Shown here one piece after another: positions 51,156-63,642 of a DNA stretch of 64,000 nt; the stretch's first letter is position 1, and every line of letters begins with the position of its first letter. Origin of the DNA: Octopus sinensis (Eukaryota). The translations under genes and the position numbers were made by a program. Below the pieces are notes generated by a model. That model saw nothing but the letters and a program-made list of their open reading frames with translations. It searched no databases and was not told the DNA's origin. The DNA lies in the NCBI RefSeq assembly GCF_006345805.1, contig NC_043002.1, positions 106,392,001-106,456,000 of the forward strand, read 5' to 3'.

Positions 51156-51557
51156 TTCTTTTATTCTCTTACTTGTTTCAGTCATTTGACTGCGGCTATG
51201 CTGCAGCACCACCTTGAAAGGTTTTAGTCAAACAAATCAACCCCAGGACTTATTCCTTAAGCCTAGTACTTATTCTATCGGTCTCTTTCACTGAACCGCT
51301 AAGTTACGGGGACGTAAACACACCAGCACTGGTTGTCACACGGTGGTGAAGGGACAAACACAGACAGAAAGACACACACACACATAAATATATACATATA
51401 TACATATACGGGCTTCTTTCAGTTTCCGCCTACCAAATCCACTCACAAGGCTTTAGTCGGACCGAGGCTATGGCAGAAGATGCTCCCTCGAGGTGCCATG
51501 CAGTGGGACAGGATCCAGAACCATATGGTTGGGAAGCAAGCTTCTTATCACACAGCA
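51156..51557 (-). mobile_element. tRNA-derived SINE family 1, diverged
   Basis: Reverse complement of the family consensus. Confidence 0.82.
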
Positions 51558-52339
51558 ATGTGTGTGTATGTGTGTGTGCGCGTATGTATGCGTATGTGTG
51601 TGTGCATGTGTGTTTGTGCATGTGTGTGTGCATGTGTGTGTGCATGTGTGTGTGAGTGCACGTGTGTGTGTGCATGTGTGTATGTGCAAATGTGTGTTTG
51701 CATGTGTGTGTGCATGTGTGTGTGTGCATGTGTGTGTGTGCATGTGTGTGTGTGCATGTGTGTGTGTGCATGTGTGTGTGTGTGTGTGTATGTCCCCGGT
51801 GTATGCATTATCGTCCTTTTTGAGGTGACCGCCTTTGAGGTCAGCCGCATCTGTTCCGTTCTGACTCGACACCTGGTCAGTTAAGATCTTCCTATTTTCT
51901 TTTTCCTTGCACTAGCTTGTTTTCTGATAGTCGAAAAACTCTGTTTTGTTTTATTTTTGTTGTATAGCCGAAATGATTTTGTCCATTTTATATGTATATG
52001 TATAATTCTTAGGTTACGTTTGTCCAATAATCGAAAAAACCTTTTCTGATTATTTCCTTGTGTTTGTATATATACATTTGTTTTACTTGCTCAGGGGCTT
52101 AAGGCCTTCAGCTTAAGTGCTTGGCCCAACTGGTTTCGAGTAGTATCGGACAGGATTGGGCGAAACTACGTAGACATTCCAGACTCCGACTGAAGAAGCA
52201 ATTGGCTGCAAATGGTCCGCGTTTCTTGTTTTGTCCTGTTTGCCGTTGGTGTGCTATTGTCCTTTTCCTGCTTGTTATGTTTTTTGACAATTTTCGTTTG
52301 TTGTTTTTTACCTTTGATTTATGATGCCATGATAGATCG

Positions 52340-52508
52340 TTAGCTCCTACACGCTTTTTTTTTCTCTCCTTGTTTCTTTCTGTCGAAGAGCGTAGGCTCG
52401 AAACATAAAAGACTTTTTCTATTTCTATTCCTGAGCGCTATACTAATACATTTGTTTGTTTGTACTCCACCTGCCTTCGTCTTTTGTTTATTTTCGTAAA
52501 CTTTTCCG

Positions 52509-52510
<2 letters not shown>
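52340..52510 (+). mobile_element. PLE pseudo-LTR-like repeat with a CUGUNGA hammerhead variant (52375-52412), ending at (TA)n
   Basis: Homologous to inverted 53890-54070 and, more distantly, to 57094-57424. Confidence 0.65.
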
Positions 52511-52555
<45 letters not shown>

Positions 52556-52805
52556 GTATATACATATATGCATAGGGTAATTTAGTATAAACTATTGTGT
52601 TTGTGTGGCACTGTACACATGCAAATAGACATGTGTATATGGATGTGAGAAAGAAAACGAAAGGATAAGCTTGTGTTGCTATGTGTGTATATAAATGCAC
52701 ACACCCACACAAATATACACACATACACACATACACACACATATATATATATACATACATATATTTATACATAAATACATATGTATATATACATATATAT
52801 ATATA

Positions 52806-52839
<34 letters not shown>

Positions 52840-52977
52840 AAGAAAGAAAAAAGAGAGTGAGACCGAGGCAGAGAAAAGTATGGCCATATCTTTTATTCAG
52901 TGTTATCGCATATCATACATGGGTGTCTTTCGCTTGGCTTTGGGTGTGTCTGTGTTATTTAGCTACGTATGCGTGGA

Positions 52978-53058
<81 letters not shown>

Positions 53059-53723
53059 TACACACACACATATATATATATTCAGTAAGTTTTAAATATC
53101 ATGTGACTCTATTTCTAACCTTCACCCTTTCTCCTTTTTCACCCTTCATCCATTCCCTTGTTTTCCCTCTGTCGCCCTCTCTCTCTCTCCCCCTTTTTTC
53201 CTCTGTCTGTTGCTCACACATGACCAGTGCCCAGCCCTTCTTATTTGTCTTCCTTTTTCCCACCGGTTGCGTAGATGACCGGTGTCCTAAATTCTCTCTG
53301 TACCCCACTGGTTTGCTATTTGTTGTCTTCTAATCCTTTAGGATTCCTTCTAAGCGTTACTTCCCCTTTCTTATCTTTTTGACCCGGGGGCTATAGTTTG
53401 CTCGTTCTTTATATATTTCGTCTTTGTGCATCGCCTCAAATTACATTTTCTCACTTTCATATGTCCACTCTGTATTGTTTTCTTTGCTCTCGGCCCTATA
53501 TTCTCTGCAGCTTTCGCGGGCACCCACTACCAGCATAAGTTCTCAGTCTTATCATTAACGGTGCGAAACGGAGTAATACCATCTGGTTGATAACCGATGA
53601 CGAATTAGGTTTCTTCTGGGTCAGACTCCCGTCCAGTTGTACACTCAGAATACGTTATAATACGCTTTTTTAACTGTCGATTATTTATTTACAATACATT
53701 TTCTCATGTATTAATATATATAT

Positions 53724-53764
<41 letters not shown>

Positions 53765-53889
53765 AATATATATATGGTGTGTGGATATATATATATATAT
53801 ATAATATATATATATATATGTATGTAAATATATATATGTGTGTTGTATATATTATATATATATTATATAGATAATATACATATATATAT

Positions 53890-54185
53890 AGGGAGAATTC
53901 ACGAAAAAAACAAAATACGAAGACAAGTGGTGTAGAAACAAACAGATGTATTAGTATAACGCTCGGGAATTGAAAAAGTCTTTTACGCTTCGAGCCTACG
54001 CTCTTCCACAGAAAGGAACACAGAAAGAAACAAGGAGAGAAAAAAATGTGTGTAGTGGCTACCGATCTATCATAAGGACACACGTCTACCTGCTAGAAAT
54101 GAGAGCTAAGTCTCGCGTTTAAACCACCGAAATAACACTGTAAATATTTTCAGAATCAACAGTAGTCGAGCGAAACGGATCGAAA
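53890..54185 (-). mobile_element. PLE pseudo-LTR-like repeat with a hammerhead variant (53979-54015)
   Basis: Minus strand CTTTCTGTGGAAGAGCGTAGGCTCGAAGCGTAAAAGAC; ends TGAATTCTCCC(TA)n. Confidence 0.65.
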
Positions 54186-54208
54186 AAAATCCCTCAGATA
54201 CACACACG

Positions 54209-54265
<57 letters not shown>

Positions 54266-54939
54266 CCACACAAACGTAAAAGTGTTTCCTTAACATTGAT
54301 ATAGTTCTAATTCTATAGCTATATAATGCGATTTTAGGCCTGCAACCACCTACATTAATGTTGCTGTTATGAATAAATATTTATTTTGCCTTCGATAATA
54401 ATAGCAATATTGATATTTATATATATAAGAGACCAAAGTACACGTACGCCGCTATATTTATATAAAACGGAACACCGTGACCAGTGTTCGGCCAAGCCTG
54501 ACCTTTCTTTCTTGGTTCGACTACCATCCGTGCAACATCTATATTCCTTCCTATGCCTGTCATTTTTTATGTCCCTGCCGTAAGGCTTCACTTCCATACA
54601 CGCCAGCTTAATTTAATTCGTACTTAGTCGAAAGACACCTATTGTTAATGTCCATTATTTGCATTTGTATTTGTGTACCATTTTCCCGTTTTTTCCGTCC
54701 TTGTTTTCGTATACATTCGCTGCTTTCTTCCAAGGAATCTAGTGCTCTTAGCTTAGTTTTTCCTTGAGGCTGGCCAGATTGGAGCAATCTCGAGTATAAC
54801 CAGCCGAAATTGCAAAGATAATCTGGAACTCCACTGAAGAAAGAAAACTCCGAATGACCCATCCTTGTTTTTTTTTTGTGTCGTCTGTCTGGATGTTTTG
54901 TTGCACTTTTTTGGTATTCTTTTTTGGTATTCTCTCATA

Positions 54940-54981
<42 letters not shown>

Positions 54982-55003
54982 GTATGATATGTATATGTAT
55001 ATG

Positions 55004-55043
<40 letters not shown>

Positions 55044-55409
55044 TATGTATATATATACATGTATATATATAATGTATATATATATATATATATTATGTGT
55101 GTGTGTGTGTGTTGTGTGTGTGTGTTTGTTGTGTGTGTATATGTATATATATATTTATGTGTATATATATATACATAAATTTAGATGTGTTTCGACCAAA
55201 GATTGGTCCAGGCCATGTTCTAACTTAGTAGCACCACCTGATAGGATTATCTAAATCATTTAAGTCAAGTTTTGTGGTATCGTGGTCCATTCAAGGACCA
55301 TACACATACACATACACGCACTCACACACTCACAGACACACGCACACATACATGCATACATACATGCATACAATACATACATACATACATACATACATAC
55401 ATACATACA

Positions 55410-55441
<32 letters not shown>

Positions 55442-55833
55442 GTTAAATAACTCAATACATGAAGTAGGGTTAAATATTCATTCAACAAATAACGGACTTT
55501 TAAGTTTCATGAAATACGTTTTGTTAAGAAGTGATAGAAACTTAAGCGTATGCCATGCTTCGACATTTCCGGGATATCAAACATGTTATACGTAGTGGTA
55601 ACAAGTGATGTAAAAGAATGACAAAACACGTATAACGAAGAAGCAATAGAAATGGCTTTTGTAGTTCATTGTGATTCGTGAGAGAAGAAATAATAGGGGA
55701 AGGTCATGTATGGAGTGTAAATTCTGTGGAGAAGGGTTCCTCCGATGTTTTTTTTTAGGAATGAAATAGGCAATGCTATACACATGTCATGTCTTTGTAT
55801 GTGTGCATGTGTGTGTGTCACGCGCGCGCGTAT

Positions 55834-56228
55834 CATTACCTCCGCCAATGAAGGAGGTTATGTTTTCATCGGCGTTGGTTTGTCCGTCTGTGTGCAAAAT
55901 AACTCAAAAGGTTGTGAACGGTATTTGATGAAACTTGCAGGAAAAGTTGGTAATGACACAAGGAACAGATGATGAAATTTTGGTAGTGATTCGGGAATTT
56001 TTATGGTTTCTAGAAGGATTTTTCATTTGTTATATTTACTTTACATGAAGTATTACAATGTTACGTTCTTTGATTATCTCCCTTGAAAACACGTTCATCG
56101 TTTCCACGTAACCTATGGTGACGTTGCTGTTTCCAAAGTTTATTTTCGGTTCTCTATTAGTAATTTTACTCCCGTATCTATCTTAAAATAAGCTGCTTGG
56201 CGGAGGTCTGCGCTCTCCGAGTGCTTTT
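55834..56228 (+). mobile_element. Helentron-associated non-autonomous element (HINE/DINE-1-like)
   Basis: Sub-terminal IRs ACCTCCGCCAA (55838-55848) and TTGGCGGAGGT (56197-56207), 3' hairpin GCGCTC-TCC-GAGTGC (56210-56224), then TTTT. Confidence 0.75.
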
Positions 56229-56260
56229 CTACTATATGTATATATAATATGCGTGCGCGT

Positions 56261-56895
56261 TGAGGGTAACTACAAAAATATGTTTTATTTTCATTCCCTT
56301 TGAAATTGCTCTTATTCGTGGTTTGGGCTTTAACTGACCTTTCTAGCATGTAAGGTGTCCTGTTAAAGATTACCTCTTTCGTGTATAAATACGTACATTA
56401 TTTGTGCACTATTATTTATGAAAATATGTTGTCTATTGATTTTATTACACATGCTGGCCACCGGTATAAAACCTTTTCTAAATTTTCTACTCATTATTTT
56501 TACAGTTTCGTAGTTTCCAAGCCTTTCTGGTACGCAGTTTTAATTTTTTTATCATTTGCTGCCGAATGTAACTTCGCTTGCGCGATGGATTTGAAAATTA
56601 TAATGTATAAGTATGTAGCACGTGTATTTTCGGTACTATTTGCTGCATAAATATGCATTAATTTTAGCGCCCTCACTGTAGAAGTACGGATGACAAATTA
56701 TTTTATTTTGCACATTGATACAGAAACTCGAGTCTGAGGGTAACTACAAAAATTTTTTTAACTTTCATTCCCTTTGAAATTGCACTTATTCGTGATCTGG
56801 GCTTTAACTGCCCATTCTAGCATGTAAGGTGTCCTGTTAAAGGTTACCTCTTTCGTGTATAAATACGTAAATTCTTTGTACACTATTATATATAT
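56261..56895. repeat. ~160-bp direct duplication (56261-56420 and 56735-56895)
   Basis: TGAGGGTAACTACAAAAAT..TTCATTCCCTTTGAAATTGC..CTAGCATGTAAGGTGTCCTGTTAAAG occurs twice. Confidence 0.85.
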
Positions 56896-56900
56896 GTAAA

Positions 56901-56942
<42 letters not shown>

Positions 56943-57069
56943 ATATATTATATATATATATACATACATACATATATATAGATATATATATAATATATAG
57001 TATATATATAATATATATATAATATATATATATATTAGATATATATATTATAATATATATATATATATC

Positions 57070-57093
<24 letters not shown>

Positions 57094-57100
<7 letters not shown>

Positions 57101-57424
57101 CCACTGAACTCAACACATATTTTTTCATTTTCTCTCTTTCTATTTCCTCTAATTCTTTTCTGTTGAAGGGCATAGCTCGAAACGTAAAAAGACTCTCCAT
57201 TTTGCCCGAGCATGTGTTTTTCCTACACTGTCTATATATATATATATATCTATTATTGGACCACTGAACTCAACACATATTTTTTCATTTTCTCTCTTTC
57301 TATTTCCTCTAATTCTTTTCTGTTGAAGGGCATAGGCTCGAAACGTAAAAAGACTTCTCCATTTTGCCCGAGCATTGTTGTTCCTACACCTGTCTTCGTC
57401 TTTGTTTTTCTATAAATCTGAACT
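57094..57424 (+). mobile_element. Tandem pair (160-bp period) of pseudo-LTR-like repeats, each with a CUGUUGA hammerhead variant
   Basis: Copies start at 57094 and 57254; motifs at 57154-57192 and 57314-57353; embedded in (TA)n. Confidence 0.7.
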
Positions 57425-57512
57425 ATATATATATATACAAACACATACATATATATATATATGTGCATATGTGTATATGTGTGTGTGAGTGTGTATGTGT
57501 GTGTATACGTAC

Positions 57513-57544
<32 letters not shown>

Positions 57545-57619
57545 AAATGCATGCATACATGTATGTGTTTGTGTCGTATACCTGTCATGTTACTCGTGAG
57601 CTCTCTCATGAGTGCTACT

Positions 57620-59730
57620 GGTAACATGGAATCTAGTACAACCTGTTGCAAGGTCCGGTCATCGTGGACTAAACTGGTACCCCCACCAGGCAAGTCTGTG
57701 GTGGGAAGAGTCGTTAGAAACCCAGTAGGGCTAAAGACAAGACCTGTGAAAAGGACAGATAGACCTAGTGTAGGTTCAACGACTATCTAGCAATGGCACA
57801 GACACTCAAAAATTCCGGTTGGTGCCTGGCGTGCTGAAAGACCACTGGGAGTGAGGCACCACTTAGCTTTTGTTAAAGCATGTCTCTAGAAGAAAGTCAG
57901 CCTGATATAAAACTGGATATACAAGAAATAGCATTGGACATTTTGGGGAACTTTAGTTTGCTCTGGAGATCATGGCGCTCTCACACTCCTAAACCTGCGT
58001 CTCATTTTGGCATTAGATATCTTGCCTGGATTTGTCTCTGGATTATGTCAATATAGTGATGAGGGTCTATGAAGTGTGGTGCAAGCCTTATTAGGCTTAA
58101 AATTTTTCACAGCCATCGCTAACATTTTTCTTGCGCTATGAGTATTGCTGCTTTAACTTATAACTATACAATTTTTAACTTTATACTTTTTATTTAAAAG
58201 TCTTGCGGCGATGGGAAGATGGCGAAGCATGCAAACTTGATGGATGGAAGCATGTAGTCAGTGATCTGAAAGTAAGCGGCCGATGTTAGATATAAATTCG
58301 TCTCTTTGTCGTTCAAGGCAGCGATGGTATTTGGTTTGCTCCATTTGGGGAGGCCAATGTTCATCCGGAGACCGGGGAGGTTCTAGAAAAAGTGAACGAT
58401 AGATAGCCTGTCTTTTACTTTTTGGTCAATTTAGCGCCACTGAGTGATGTCCACTTTGCACTTTCCAAACAAAGAAAATATTTACAAAATCTGGATGGAC
58501 TAAGAATATCTCATGTTGAAATTTGCGCACCCTGTTAAATACGAAGAGTGAATAGAGCCCTGAAAGACGTACAGCATTTGTTGCTCGGGTACTGAACCGA
58601 TTTAACATTAGATTTAGTTGCTATTTTAGAGACTCGTTTGGAAGATGATGGTCAGTTTGAGGAGGTTGGAGATGATTACACGTTTTTCTGAAAGGGGAAC
58701 ACGAAGAAGGAGCACGGGGAAGCTGGCGTAGGTCTTGCACTTCGATATGAAAGCGTCAAGAAGTCGGAGAAGCTTTCTATCCCAATAAGTGACCGTTTGA
58801 TGATAGCGTCTGTATTTTAAGAGATAGACGATTTACTACTCTCATAAGTGCATATGCTCCTATCCTGATCAGTCTCAATGAAGATAAAACTACTTTCTAT
58901 GCCAAGCAGAGCTGTACGCAGAGAGATACACAAGCAACTCTCTTTCCTTTGTATTTTGCTGTTGCTCTCGTGCATTTACCGCCGGTTGTTTGTTTGGAAT
59001 ATATATGAGGCATAAATCTTCTGGTTATCTCTTCAGCGTGCATCGGTTTGCTGCCAATCCAAAAGGTTTTCAATCTCTTAATCGTCACCGTTTTTGCAGA
59101 TGATTGCGACTTTGTTGCTCATACAGTTGAAGATACACAAATTTTCATGGGCCATATTTCTACATCTCGCAAGGCATTTAGACTCAGTATTAGTTTGAGC
59201 AACACTGTTGTAATATTCCAGCCTGTTCCCAGAAACAGATATATGAAGCCATCAATATTGGTTGAAAAACAGCATTGAAAGTGGTAGACAAGTTTGTCTA
59301 CTTGAGAAACACATTGAGCCGTTCTTGCTCTTCAGATGATGAAATATCTTTAAGGCTTGAAAAGGAAACTGACTCTTGCAGGGCTTTTGAGTTTTCTGAC
59401 CGGTCCCAACACGTGCATGTGTGCTGACGTTGCTCCTTTACTCATGCGAGACGTAAACCTTTTAAGGGTTTCTGAAGGCTTCCATCAGATATGTCTGAAA
59501 CACATTCTGAATGGTAGCTGGTCCTTGCGAACGCCAGACAAAAAGGTTTGAGGAGAGCTGACATCCTGAGCATTGAGACAATGGTACACAAGTATTGTTT
59601 ACGTTGGAATGGACACCTTGTTTAGATGAATGATCGAAGAAACCCTAAGCAGATGCTATATAATGCATTTGTTTGTGGAAAGCACTCCTAATAGAAACCA
59701 AGATTACTATGTAACAACATTGGAAATAAT
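57620..59730 (+). mobile_element. Decayed RTE-clade LINE (5' UTR, APE endonuclease, RT), internally deleted
   Basis: PERRTAFVARVLNRFNI, ETRLEDDGQ..GVGLA, TLISAYAP, TLFPLYFA, FADDCDFVAH..FRLSISLSNTVV, LRWNGHL. Confidence 0.78.
57628..57677 (+). ncRNA. Decayed HDV-like ribozyme at the RTE 5' end
   Basis: Elements occur in HDV order: P1a GGAAU, P2a CUAGU, P3a ACA, L3 ACCUGU, P3b UGC, P1b AAGGUCC, GG, P4, CUAA, P2b ACUGG. Three to four defects. Confidence 0.45.
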
Positions 59731-59739
59731 GTCCAGGTA

Positions 59740-59814
59740 AATCTAGCTGAAGAAGACTAATCAAATTTACGATAATAAACGTATTTGAAGAGTCCGAAAC
59801 CTAGGTACTAGATT
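59740..59814 (+). ncRNA. Type I hammerhead ribozyme motif
   Basis: Stem I AAUCUAG/CUAGAUU (7 bp); CUGAAGA; A; stem II GACU..AGUC with an extended inner hairpin; C-GAAA; palindromic stem III ACCUAGGU; triplet GUA with the cut after 59807. Confidence 0.75.
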
Positions 59815-60088
59815 ATCGGAATCTGGGTTGTCCATTTATCTAATGTTCTTCCCAGAGGTAAGACGAAATTTTTTATGTTCGCTGCCCGCACACGTCTTTG
59901 CCAGTATATATACAGTGAAGCTTTGTTATAGCGTCGTAAATTTATCGACTGCTATTTCCAGTAAACATTGGTGCCTTGTTGTACCACTATTCTATATTTA
60001 TACTTCTACCTTTACGATGCTTTATTTGACTGGAAAGTAATACATTTGTATTGCAATATGGAATTTTTTCATTGTAATATATATATAT

Positions 60089-60127
<39 letters not shown>

Positions 60128-60243
60128 ATGTATATATATATATATATATAATATATATTATATATATATATATATATATTGATACTGGAATTTATTTACT
60201 TATATCGACTTTTATCTTATCTTGTTCAATTAGCAATAGCCTA

Positions 60244-60332
<89 letters not shown>

Positions 60333-60479
60333 CATACATATATATATGTGTGTGTGTGTGGTGTGTGTGTGTTGTGTGTGGTGTGTGTGTGTGTGTTAAC
60401 AGAAATTTATAGAAATACACTCTGGGCCGTTTAATATGATGGCCACGACTGTTAAGTATCATCGTAATAGGAAAATGCT

Positions 60480-62741
60480 AAAGCAAACAATGTTATTGTT
60501 AGCCGTCAACAATGAAGTGTATATTGAAAAATACTTTAAAATATCATAAGAACATTCACCTCGGGGTCGTGTGCTTGAAAATATCTCTTATTATTATAAT
60601 AAGCAAGAATCTTTCTTAATGCTAAGCAACAGGATATCGGAGCGTCTCTTTTCTCTACATATGACCCGCAGTCTATACTTATTTTAGATGGAAGTAAGAT
60701 TCTTCCACAATTTTTATCGTTATTTGCTGTATTCCCATATTTTGCATGACCTATACATAATTGGGAAGATAAGATGGGCATGGTTTTCCTTAATAAAATG
60801 TAACGTGGATCTCGGATAATTTTTTGGCTGTGTTTCGAATGTGGGCAATACTCCCAATTATATTAAAAACTTGTCAACCCTTTCTTAAAATTTAGATAAC
60901 TTGCTGGAAGTGGTTAAGTCTTGAACTTGGCTCCTCGATGTCAAGTCTCCACAGATCTAATTTAACGACACAATTTGGCTGTGACGGGACTTTGGGATTT
61001 TTCCTGTCTTATCTTATCCTTTTTACTTTAAATCTAATTCTTGTAAGAAATCTATCCAGAAATATGCGATCTATTTTTAATATTTAAAGTAGACTCGTTG
61101 TTGCAGATACACGGCTATACTTGAACTTTGCTTGTCATTTTTCTAGGTCTGTTCTAACCGATAGTTTCTGCATCTTGTGTTTGTTGCTGAGTTATATTTT
61201 GACAAATTACCTTGCTTTCTTCTTCAGTTCACAACTTAAGGTAAATGGAGTGTTGAATTAATATGAATGAAGACTAGCACTTACTTCACATTAAATTGAA
61301 GCTGCATAACTTTTCTACAATATTTTTTTTTTAAATAGGCAAAATAACGGATTAATTTTGTATTTTTTACAATTACAAGGTTCAATCAGTGAACGTATAA
61401 AAATTTTTTTTATTATTTTGTAGAGAAGGATTCTTGACTGAAGCTCCTTGTTCAATCAACGTATACTGGACATTTCTCTAACTTTTCACTAGTTGTAGAC
61501 ATAACATCAAACATTTCAATGAAATGCTCATTGATTTCCTTATCAGACATAGAACCGATCCGCAAAGAAACCTGTTCATTGTAGGTAACATCTGTAGTTT
61601 CATTCATAAGAAATGAATAGATCGTTGATGCTACTATGACTTCATTTAAACATCGATTTTCTTACATAAGTAACCAAAGCTATATCATTCTAAATACAGA
61701 TCGAGGGCGTTGACACCTATATTATGCTGTTTGAATAAAGTCCACAGGACCTAATCTAGATAATTTTTAATGACATTGTTATATTTGAAAAACACTTAAA
61801 GCAAGTTTCAAGGAAGTTTCCTGCATTTAAACTTGCTTTGTTTTCCTCTAGAAAAGAAGGAAAAATCGGAAGAAAAATGCATTAAAATAACAAACATATC
61901 AGATCACCCTTCGTGTAAATGAACATGATCATCAATCAATTTCGACATATTGTAAAACACAGCCATATTTCAACGATTTTTCTCCATTTCCTAAATCTTC
62001 CACCTCGCAATTTGTTTTCAATTTGTTAGATACACATATTGTTCTATTTGTTATAAATAATGTTTGCTCTTCCCATTGATAATGTTGAAGAAGACATATT
62101 TTTCTTGCTTGCCAGATCGATTTATATATTTATACATTTTGCCTTTTGTCTTTTTGTTGTGGTGTCTGTCACATACTTCATTATAAAAATAATGAATCTT
62201 GTCAAACAATCCACTGTATTTCAGTGACTGGCTTCTTTTGTCATTCACAAAAGCCTCGAAACCAAAATCTTTCTTACACCTTCCTCTTCAGATAATAGCA
62301 ATTTATAACATAGACACAAAGCCAAAATTGTTGAGGGAAAAATGAATGATGTGGAGTGTATCTAGAGTAAAAGGATATGTTTGACATATTCCGAAAAACG
62401 GACAAATTTGTTCAACTGTATTTAAAAAAAGTGTTTCGCTTGTAAAAATGAGTTTCTTATTTAAAATGAAAATGTTATGTATTGTTTGATAAATTATTTA
62501 TTAGTTTAAAAAAACATTACTTTTAATATGTGCTCATTGGCGACGGCAAACTTTTTTTTTTAACATTTTTGATTTAATAGTAGCGAAAACAGTCACTGGG
62601 AAAAAACTGTTGTAGCAATGTCTACCATATTGAAATGCGTTTCTCAATTTAACAAAAAGGCCTCTTTTGATATGAAGAAGAAAAGGATCCAGGACGACTC
62701 GAGAGTCCTGACCCCGCTTCCCCTGCATGTACATGAGCGAC
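60480..62741 (-). mobile_element. Highly decayed hAT transposase region
   Basis: Minus strand near 61600-61480 reads FLMNETTDVTYNEQVSL..INEHFIE (DETTD..EQ motif of ZMYM/DUF4371-type hAT); CAGTCG-type terminus near 62741. Confidence 0.5.
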
Positions 62742-62804
62742 TGTATTGGTGAATGGAACGCATCTGTTTGTTTGATACTGTTTTAATTTATACAAAATAG
62801 ATCG

Positions 62805-62990
62805 CTTGGCCCAGTGGTTAGAAGTATTGGATTCATTATTGTTGGATTATAGATTCGAACCCTAGACCGGCCAACAAGCTGTGTCTCTTGAGCTAGTCAC
62901 TTCATTTCACGTTGCTCGATGTACTCAACTGAAAATGAGTTCCAGTGGAACTTGGAAATTAACACTGCAATGAACTTGCATCCGACTCGG
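62805..62990 (+). mobile_element. Diverged tRNA-derived SINE
   Basis: TGGCCCAGTGGTTAG..GATTCGAACC head, then a TCTTGAGCxAGTCACTT core-like segment. Confidence 0.5.
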
Positions 62991-63149
62991 TCAGAATATG
63001 GAGAGACTTACAGTTTAAACGATACGTAAACAATATCAAGTTCACCGCGACTCTGGAGAGCGTGGGAAGATCATGAGCAATGTCCCTTTCTCCAGTCGCA
63101 ACAACTTAAAGAAAAGTCAGTATTAAATGATTTCATGAACGACTTGGAA

Positions 63150-63500
63150 TTATAAAAGAAAAGGCAGAATTGTTTGGTTCTCCAAATTTAACGATTTTTC
63201 TTCAATCAAATACCAAAGTTTAATATTTTTGTCGGCAACATTTGAACGTTTGTTTCTGCGATGATATCAGTAACTTGGTTATATAGGTTAACTCGGACTA
63301 TGATCTTCAAGAGCGGAGATTTTCCAGTAACTAATAAAGTGGGACTGAGTGCGGCATATTTGTTGAATGCAACGTAATGTTAACAGTTCAGTTGAATGGT
63401 AAAAGAAAAACCATACTTTTCAGCCGCCATGATTAAGACAGTCTTATTGTACAGGTGTGCAATGCCCATAGCAGACTTCTAATAGTTGTATCTCATATCA
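63150..63500 (+). mobile_element. Possible RTE RT/thumb remnant
   Basis: FxDDI-like and FSAAMIKTVLLYRC (cf. VLLYGxETW) motifs in broken frames. Confidence 0.3.
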
Positions 63501-63642
63501 CTGAAACTTATGTCTCACCGAATACAAAGAACACACGTGGAATATTTGTGATGATCTTGAAGCTTTATCATTGTTTCTTGGTTTAAATTTGGACTATTTA
63601 AAGTTTATGTATATTGGGTGTGTCTATAAAAAGCATGATTGT

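Noticed and set aside
52095-54835. Good-looking splice acceptors near 52094 (+), 53510 (+) and 54835 (-) followed by short open frames
   Set aside because: Frames end in stops or lack convincing donors, and peptides were not recognised; expected by chance in 64 kb.
55180-55260. Minus-strand GACCA-loop-TGGTC-GAAACACATC (possible CpG-decayed GAAACGCGTC)
   Set aside because: No CUGANGA adjacent to stem II; at best a dead remnant.
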